Of a stretch of 64,000 nt of DNA, positions 55,881 to 64,000 are shown one piece after another. The translations under genes were made by a program, and so were the position numbers. The DNA comes from Octopus sinensis (lineage: Eukaryota): NCBI RefSeq assembly GCF_006345805.1, contig NW_021832598.1, positions 43,039-107,038 on the forward strand, in the 5' to 3' direction. A model generated the notes under the pieces. That model worked only from the letters and a program-made list of their open reading frames with translations. It did no database searches and was not told the origin of the DNA. The number at the start of each line of letters is the position of its first letter. Within the stretch, counting starts at the first letter, position 1.

Positions 55881-56725
55881 CCTCATACATATATATATAT
55901 ATATATATATATAATGTGTGCATTATGTGGTCGCTTGAGCTGAAAATATGCAGACCTATGTTAAAAGTGCTGGCAAGTTTGCATGACAACTATTTTTTTT
56001 CCTCAAATGAAACGCGTGACCTCTAGGACAGAATTCCTCATCTTATAAAATGTGGCCCCAGTACACCCGAATGAAATCGGGTTATATTAACCAAAATGTG
56101 AAAGGGGTCTAAATGGGGCTGGAAGGGGATTTAAATTTAAAGGAGCGGGAGTTTAGGAATTCTCTGTTACATCAAGCTAAAAAAAAAGCGCCAGCCTTTT
56201 AATCGTCAATGTGTTGCCGTCCATGATGAAGAAGTTTTGAATGCTTGCTATGGTGAGTCTACTGTCGTGAGAAAGAATCACTTCAAAACTTGGTGTTTAG
56301 GGATTTTCTTTTACATCAAGTTCAAAATTTTACGCCAGCCGTTAAACTGTCAAAACGTTGCTGTCCGTCGTTAAGAAATGCCAGCCATGCTGACTCTACT
56401 ATCCTCACATTCTATTCCTTCAAACTTTGGTTTCCAATATTTTATTACTTTTATTCAGCTCGCAAGTTCGTCTGTCCCTTTTAAATGTTAGTGTTTTGCT
56501 GTCTGCCTTGAAGCAGACCTTTCCGTTGTTACTGCCTGATATTTATGATTGATCTTTCTAAATATTTTATTTCTCAACTTACTCAAGATCTTTTGTTGTT
56601 TATAAATGGGAGGGAGAGAGATAAAGATAGAGAGTAAGAGAAAGCGAGGGAGAGTCCGAGAGAAAGGAAGAGTAAGAGAGTGGGGAAAGTGAGAGAGAAA
56701 GGAGAGAGAAACAAAGAGGGAGAAT

Positions 56726-57050
56726 CATCATCATCATCATCATCATCGTCGTCGTTAAACGTCCGTTTTCCGTGCTAGCACGGGTTGGACAGTTTGACAG
56801 GGGTCTGGGAAGCCAGGAGGCTGCACCTGGCTCCTGTCTGATCTGGCAGTGTTTCTACAGGTGGATGACCTTCCTAACGCCAACCACTCTGTGAGTGTAG
56901 TGGGTGCTTTTTTCGTGCCGCCGGCACAGGTGCCAAGGGGGCTCACAGCGGCAACGATCGGTTGGTGCTTTTTAATACATGCCACCGGCACAGAAGCCAG
57001 TCAAGGCCGCACTGCAATCGGCCACGTTTGGATGGTGCTTTTTACGTGCT
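56726..57050 (-). mobile_element. Non-coding retroposon 3' part with (GAT)n tail and internal ~60-70-bp subrepeats
   Basis: ...GGAAAACGGACGTTTAAC(GAC)(GAT)n end; GGTGCTTTT..GTGCC.CCGGCAC unit occurs three times. Confidence 0.6.
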
Positions 57051-57117
57051 GAAAGGAAGCAACAGAAAGTAACAACCACACTCTTACCCGCGCGTAGAGC
57101 GGGTCACCTTCAGCTAG

Positions 57118-57167
<50 letters not shown>

Positions 57168-57178
57168 CGCATGTATGA

Positions 57179-57225
<47 letters not shown>

Positions 57226-57227
57226 CT

Positions 57228-57258
<31 letters not shown>

Positions 57259-57259
<1 letters not shown>

Positions 57260-57567
57260 AAGGCACGTGGCTTAGTGGTTAGGGCATTCGACTCACGATT
57301 GTGAGGTCGTGAGTTCAATTCCCAGAGACGCGTTGTGTCCGTGAGCAAGACACTTTATTTCACGTTGTTCCAGTCCACTCAGCTGGCAAAAATAAGTTGT
57401 ACCCGTATTGCAAAGAACCAGGCTTGTCACACTGTGTGTCATGCTGAATCTTCCTGAGAACTACGTTAGGGGTACACATATCTGTGGATTGCTCAGCCAT
57501 TTGCAATTTAATTTCACGAGCAATCTGTTCAGTTGATCGTATCAGCTGCGACCCATGTCGTCGTAAC
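57259..57567 (+). mobile_element. tRNA-derived SINE (family C)
   Basis: Co-linear with 39519-39827. Confidence 0.85.
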
Positions 57568-57604
57568 CGATGGAGTGCTCCTTTTTAGATATATATGTAT
57601 GTAT

Positions 57605-57643
<39 letters not shown>

Positions 57644-57751
57644 TATATATATAACGGGAAGCTTTATGAAAATAGACAAAAGACGAAGGCAGGTGGAAAA
57701 CAAACGAACAATTGTATTAATATGGCGCTCAGGAAATATAAATAAAACAAG

Positions 57752-57789
57752 TCTTTAACGTTTCGAGCCTACGCTCTTCAACAGAAAGA
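57752..57789 (-). ncRNA. Candidate minimal type-I hammerhead ribozyme (A6U variant)
   Basis: UCUUU|CUGUUGA|A|GAGC-GUAG-GCUC|GAAA|CG|UU|AAAGA: 5-bp helix I, 4-bp helix II, palindromic AACGUU helix III. Confidence 0.6.
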
Positions 57790-57929
57790 TACACAGAGAG
57801 AAAAAAACACAGAAAGAAGGAGAGAAAAAAATGCGTGCAGTAGCTAACGAATCAACACGGCGATCTGATTTCAGCCAGAGGTCAAAGATCAAACATGAGA
57901 CGCGAGAGCGAAATAAGGGGAGATAATAG

Positions 57930-58272
57930 GGTTGATAATGGGGTTGATAATAGGGTTGAAGGACCAGCTAATAGTGCGTAGGAGGGGTCTGGACGTGTGT
58001 ATGTATAGGGTTGGTGTATGTATTAGTATGTATAAGGGTGTGTGTGTGTGTGTGTATGAGGGAGTATTAGTGCGTAGGATTGGTCTGGACGTGCGTATGT
58101 ATGGGGTTGGCGTATGTATTAGTATGTATTAGTACGTATTAGTATGTATAAGTGTGTGGTGTTGGTGTGTATGAGAGAGTATAAGTGCGTATGAGGGGTC
58201 TGGACGTGTGTATGTATAGGGTTGGTGTATGTATTAGTATGTATTAGTACGTATTAGTATGTATTAGTTTGG
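57930..58272. repeat. Minisatellite: 12-bp GGGTTGATAAT units, then three ~100-115-bp units
   Basis: AGTGCGTA..GGTCTGGACGTG.GTATGTAT.GGGTTGG.GTATGTATTAGTATG recurs at about 57973, 58070 and 58184. Confidence 0.85.
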
Positions 58273-58331
58273 TGTATGTATTAGTATGGCACATCATATA
58301 TTATGTGATGTGTAAAGTCGTGTTGTGTAGT

Positions 58332-58560
58332 GAGGAGGGAGGGGGAGAAGAGGGGGAAAGGGGAGGAAGAAGAGGGGGAGGAGAGGGGGAGGAGAGGGGG
58401 AAGAGGAGAGGATGGGGGAGAGAGAGGAAGGGGAGGAGGGGGAGGAGGGGGAGGAGGGGGATGAGGGGGAGGAAATAGGGAGAGGGGGAGAGAGAGGGGA
58501 GTGAGGGAGCAGAGTGAAGGGGAAGAGGGAAGGAGGGAGGGAGAAAGAGGGAAGAAGGGA
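58332..58560. repeat. Polypurine G/A tract
   Basis: About 230 nt, almost exclusively G and A. Confidence 0.95.
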
Positions 58561-58582
58561 TATATATATATATATATATATA

Positions 58583-59875
58583 CGAGGGGCGTTCAATAAG
58601 TAATGCCCCTGACCCACTTCCCATAGCAGTAGAGCAACGAAATTTGGCACAGTTATTAGTCTTTTTCTACATTGGAACCACCCAGAGTTATGCATTTCTC
58701 CCATCGTTTGATGCAGCGCTGGAGACCGTTTTTGTAGAAAATCCCAGCTTGGTCCTCCAACCACGACGTGACTTTAGAAATCAAGGCTGCATCATCTGTG
58801 AAATGCTTTCCTTTCAAAAACAACTTCATGGCTGGGAAGAGGTGAAAATCAGAGGGTGCAAGGTCAGGAGCGTAGGGGGGATGGGGGAGGAGTTCATAGC
58901 AGCACGCCTGTGCTTCTGATCTGGCGACACGCGAGTTGTGGACCGGAGCGTTGTCCTGCAGGAGGAGGATGCCTTTGCTGATCTTGCCCCACCTCTTGAT
59001 TTTGATAGCTTCTCTTAATTTCCTCAAAAGTGAAGCATAATAGGTTCCTGTAATTGTGGTACCCTTTGCCAGGAAATCTGTCATCACTACTCCGTCCTGG
59101 TCCCAGAAGACTGTGAGCATGACCTTGCCAGCGGAGGGCTGCACCTTTGCTTTTTTTGAAGGAGGTGAGTCACGTTGCTTCCACTGCATTGACTGGGCTT
59201 TGGTCTCTGAATCATAGTGATGGACCCAGGTTTAATCCTGTGTAATCAGTCTTTTGAAAAATTTTGACTCATCTTCTTGGCACATCTCCAAATTCATCCT
59301 CGAGCACTCGACGCGTTCTTGCTTCTGGAAAGGTGTGAGCAACCTGGGAATCCATCTGGCAGACACCTTTTGCATATGCAAATGGTCATGAATGATAGTT
59401 TCCACAGACCCGGTACTAATCTAGACCTCATGGGCTATTTGGCGAATAGTTATGCATCGATCTTCCAAAATGGCAGCCTCAACTTGACGGACAGATGCCT
59501 CATCAATGGCAGAAGGGGGGCGACCAGATCTGGGAGCTGTTTCCTCAGAATTCCGACCATGTTTGAATTCACGATGCCAGCGTTTTACAAGGTCATATGA
59601 TGGGGCATCATCACCATAAGTTACTTTCATTTCATCAAAAGTCTCCTGTGGTGTGCGTCCTTTCAAATACAAAAACCGGATCACTGCTCGACACTCAACA
59701 GGCTCCATTTCACACGTGACTCAGTTCAAACACCCGTAAATCAGAAACCACAATTAGCTCAGAGCTGTAATTTGCCACTTAATCTATAGAGATTTAAATA
59801 ATTGCACATGCAAAATTCTAGCTAGATCAAACAACTGCAAGTGGGTCAGAGGCATTACTTATTGAACGTCCCTCG
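58583..59875 (-). mobile_element. Full-length mariner (DD34D), 1293 bp, inserted in (TA)n
   Basis: 37-bp TIRs CGAGGG(G/A)CGTTCAATAAGTAATGCC(C/T)CTGACCCACTT with TA on both sides. The CGAGGG start resembles irritans-type (Hsmar2-like) ends. Confidence 0.96.
58656..59708 (-). pseudogene. Mariner transposase pseudogene (350 codons, two premature stops, no frameshift)
   Basis: Single frame; WIPRLL, ITQD*TW, QDNAPVH, HPPYAPDLAPSD (D34D); TAG at 59421-59423 and TAA at 59232-59234. Confidence 0.95.
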
Positions 59876-59929
59876 TATATATATATATATATATATACTT
59901 TATTTTAAGCAGCAGAAAATTCAACAAAA

Positions 59930-59969
59930 TCTGTTACTCTGAGTTTCTCGTTGCCGTTCATCAGACAAA
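59930..59969 (-). ncRNA. Candidate minimal type-I hammerhead ribozyme (intact core, GUA site)
   Basis: UUUGU|CUGAUGA|ACG-GCAA-CGA|GAAA|CUCAGAG|UA|ACAGA. The only defect is an A.A mismatch closing helix II. Confidence 0.7.
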
Positions 59970-60695
59970 GGGTGAAAAATTGAGTGTTAATTCGATTAAT
60001 ATCAATTTAAAACCAATGGTCTAGCATATTTAAAAACCTGAAGTTTCAGAAAAAATTATATTACATATATATAAATGCATACATACATACATACATACGT
60101 ACATAATATACATATATATATATATATAGTTTTATGAATTTTTGTTGTAAGGCTCCTGATTTAAAGTCATGTGCTGAAACAGACATCGTTGTATTTCTGG
60201 ATGGTTATATTTTCTTTGTTATTTTGCCAAATAAACACATACACTATATATTTGTTCTTCACTCATTTATTACTCTTCTTATTCTAACTCGTGTCTAGAA
60301 ATCTTTCGTTCCATATCTGTGACCTCTTCAGCCCCACTTTTCGTCTTCGTGTGTCTTCTCTTGCTACACTTATTTCATTATGCACTTTTCTGATGTGTAT
60401 CCTTATCTGCGCATGCGTTTGCGTCCGTGTTTGTGTGTGAGAGTGCATTTGTGTGTATGTGTGCTTGTGTGTGTGTGTCATTATTCTTAGTAACAGTTTT
60501 ACCTTCCCCTCAGCCCTATCCTCTCCTCCGCTGCTGCTGTCATTGTTAATCGTGTTTATACTGTTCCGGCCGTCTGTGAAGCTCTTATATATGTGTTTGT
60601 GTGTGTATATGGGTTCACTTCTTATGTTTGTATTCAAGACATTTATATAGATTTATTTATTCATATATTATCTATCTCTATTTCTTATATTTATC

Positions 60696-61040
60696 GCAGG
60701 AGTGGCTGTGTGGTAAGTAGCTTGCTTACGAACCACATGGTTCCGGGTTAAGTTCCACTGCGTGGCAGCCTTATGAGTGGATTTGGTAGACGGAAACTGA
60801 AAGAAGCCCGTCGTATACATGTATATATATTTTGTATGTGCGTGTTTGTCCCCCCAACATCGCTTGACAACCGATGCTGGTGTGCTTACGTCCCCGTAAC
60901 TTAGCGGTTCGGCAAAAAGAGACCGATAAAATAAGTACTAGGCTTACAAAGAATAAGTCCTGGGTTCGATTTGATCGACTAAAGGCGGTGCCCCAGCATG
61001 GACACAGTCACATGACTGAAACAAGTAAAAGAGTAAAGAG
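60696..61040 (+). mobile_element. SINE family A
   Basis: Co-linear, with a short internal deletion. Confidence 0.88.
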
Positions 61041-61783
61041 TATGTGAGAAATATATTATTTATTTATTTATTTTATCTATCTCTATTTTGTTGTTGTATC
61101 ACAAGTATGTGCATATATCTCTATTGTGCGCGTATTACCCTGTGTCGTATCTGTGTTTTATTTATGACGTACATACAAGCATGCATACATACATACATAC
61201 ACACACATGCAAACACACACACACACAAACACGGACGCCAACCCATGCCCACGTAAGGATAAACACCAGAGAAGAGTAGAATAAAATAAGTGGAGCAAGA
61301 GCACACGCGAAGGTGAAAAGTGTCGTTGAAGAGTTCACAGGTGTGGTACGAAAGATTTCCTTACAATGAACATGAGTTAGGATAAGAACAGTAATAAACG
61401 AGGGAAGAACAAATGACAAATATACAGTGCGTGTGTCTATTTGACAAAAAATGACCGTCCCGAAATACAACAATACACACATATAGATATATATATATAT
61501 ATACATACATATATAGATATCGATAGATAGATATGTGTGTGCGTGTGTGTACACACACATATGCACACGCACATATATGTTATTTGTAATAAGTATAACA
61601 TTGGAAGCAACTTCGAAGTTTCGACCAGTCATCAGAAATTGGAGCATTTGAATTCATCTTAGCTTTATGCAGTTTCTCATGAGTTAAAATATTTTGGACA
61701 AGCTGAGTTTTGTTAAATGATAATTAGGCTGTATGATAGGATGTGGTGGTGGCTTGTTATTAAGAACTTTTGATTAAAGTTAT

Positions 61784-61946
61784 TTTACTCTTTTACTTGC
61801 TTTAGTCATTTGACTGCAGCCAGAACTTATTCTTTGAAAGCCTAGTACTTATTCTATCGGTCTCTTTTGCCGAACCGCTAAGTTACGGGGATGTAAGCGC
61901 ACCAGCATCGGTTGTCAAGCGATGTTGGACGATAAACACAGAAACA

Positions 61947-61996
<50 letters not shown>

Positions 61997-62180
61997 ATAT
62001 ATATGCATATACATATATACGATGGTCTTCTTTCAGTTTCCCTCTACCAAATCCACTCACAAGGCTTTGGTCGGCCCGAAGCTATAGTAGACGACACTTG
62101 CTCGAGGTGCCACGCAGTAGGACTGAACCCGGAACCATGTGGTTGGTAAGCAAGCTACTTACCACACAGCCACTTCTGCG
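61784..62180 (-). mobile_element. SINE family A
   Basis: Co-linear. Confidence 0.88.
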
Positions 62181-63134
62181 CCTACGTTTAGAATTCATTC
62201 ATGCATGTAGAAATTTGTAATCAACTGTGTTTATCTTCGTGTGTTATCTTCACATCATTGGGTTTCACCAAAAAATGTAATTAGATGGAAGGCATATATT
62301 GGTCAGCAGATGAGTCACCAGACTTAGTTGTCGTTGATTTTATTTGGATACTAATGGGATTATGTAGTCCTTTGAATTCAGTGCAGTATTTAAACCTTTG
62401 TAATTAAGGGCGTTTATTTAGGAGTGTCAGCTTTGATGCAATTGAGTTTTTACGTGTCGACAAAAAAATGTATGTAGTTTGTAAGTTTTAGCTGATTGGC
62501 AGGCTTACTTACCTGTTGGTGTTATTGAGGTTTTTCCCCTGTTTACATGGAGAGGGTGATTGTTATGAACTAGGCATGACATGGTGTTTTCTGTATGGAT
62601 GTAGGCAAGAGTAAATGTTGTTGGTCAGCATATTTATCCCTTAAGTTATCATTGTGGTAGAAGTTACTACTTACAAATGGTAATCTTTGTGTTTAGTGAG
62701 GTGAAGTTCGTGACAATCATACACTGTCCACATAATTACATTCTTTTTTGTAACCCAGTGACCTGAAGATGATACGCCTAAATAGACACACGTGACTACA
62801 AAGTTCAACGTGCACGAATAAGTTCTGAACAACAACACAACTCCGAATTTAACCCATAAAATTTCTCCATAACATCTCTCCATTACAACTTATCATTCAA
62901 CCTATTTATCATTCAGTAGAGCTCAGCTTACTCTAGAAAATTCCAACTTAACGAAATCTATATAAATCCAAGATGAAGTGGAATGTTCCTCAGTCCCATG
63001 ATAGTTTGGCTGGAGGAAACTTCGGAATCACTGTCAATACCATTTTTGTTAAAAAATAAGGAGTTTTTACTCAACTAAAGTTATTAAGTAACACTTCCGT
63101 TTAATATAAAATCGTTTCCTTTTATTATAACATA

Positions 63135-63157
63135 AAATCAATATTAATATATATGTA

Positions 63158-63203
<46 letters not shown>

Positions 63204-63211
63204 TACATATA

Positions 63212-63269
<58 letters not shown>

Positions 63270-63560
63270 GTGTGTGTGTGTGTGTGTGTGTAGAAGGTTA
63301 AAAGGAACACACGAGTTGATATATATGGAAAAAAGTCAAGGTAGAAAGCACTAAAGTAATTTTATAAAAAACATTTCAGTACCGGTTTCAGTCATTGAGA
63401 CTTCTTCAACTGTAAGTATGGAAATCAAAATTAAATTTAAAGAAATATATATATATATATTATATATTATATATATATATATATATATTTAAATATATAT
63501 ATATATATATATATTGTGTGTGTGTTGTGTGTGTGTTGTGGTGTGTACCTATATATATAT

Positions 63561-63612
<52 letters not shown>

Positions 63613-63687
63613 TAATATTATCATTTATATATAATTTTTATATATTATATATATAATATAATACACAGATACATACATATATGTATG

Positions 63688-63729
<42 letters not shown>

Positions 63730-63800
63730 TACATACATACACACCACATCTATACACACATACACACACACACATAAATATATATATGTATATATATATA
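63135..63800. repeat. Compound (TA)n/(TG)n/(CA)n microsatellites
   Basis: Directly visible. Confidence 0.95.
63375..63414 (-). ncRNA. Candidate minimal type-I hammerhead ribozyme (C3U variant, GUA site)
   Basis: UACAG|UUGAAGA|AGUC-UCAAU-GACU|GAAA|CCG|GUA|CUGAA: 4-bp helix II and palindromic ACCGGU helix III. Confidence 0.62.
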
Positions 63801-64000
63801 ACACGAATAATCTGCACACAGTTGTGCTAATCTAAACCAATACAAGAATTTATAAATTATGAGACTCTTAATTATCACATCACTCTGATTAACAGTTACG
63901 TGTTACTCTAAGTAACAGGTTATGATGTTTCTTCGGCTTCAAGAAAATAGTATTTGACACTATCTTTAGTAATCCAGTACTATTTTCCACAATTTTTTGC

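Noticed and set aside
56040-56500. Possible decayed LINE RT fragment on the minus strand
   Set aside because: No diagnostic motif was readable; left unclassified.
62200-63100. Possible Penelope GIY-YIG/RT remnant next to the 63.4-kb hammerhead
   Set aside because: Only vague fragments (LNKR, CRH) in the wrong order; needs tBLASTn or HMM confirmation.

Overview
AT-rich, microsatellite-saturated eukaryotic DNA, almost certainly from an octopod cephalopod (inferred from the gene and repeat content). One host gene is present: the first five coding exons of a minus-strand S-crystallin (sigma-class GST-derived lens protein), at 18908-19040, 12330-12425, 8476-8591, 4689-4742 and 1532-1762. All splice sites are GT-AG and phases are consistent (210 aa read); the C-terminal exons lie beyond the left edge. 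Two phase-0 exons encode a 95-aa Met-rich loop with 4-residue periodicity and appear to be serial duplicates of the exon-3 3' end. A compact promoter (TATA, AP-1-like, ARE, CRE-like) lies at about 19219-19312. The remaining ~45 kb is a transposon graveyard. It holds eight R4/Dong-type RLE retrotransposons (two young ones head-to-tail in a TAA repeat), RTE and CR1 fragments, a full-length mariner with two stops, mariner and Tc1 relics, and several tRNA-derived SINE families. A CR1 3' end shares a covarying stem-loop with one SINE family. A set of short, mostly (TA)n-flanked repeats carries minimal type-I hammerhead-ribozyme folds, including a 560-bp palindrome with one on each arm; these resemble Penelope-like terminal repeats or retrozymes. 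Most short ORFs in the track are microsatellite artefacts. Repeat boundaries are approximate, and no alignment, folding or database search was run.
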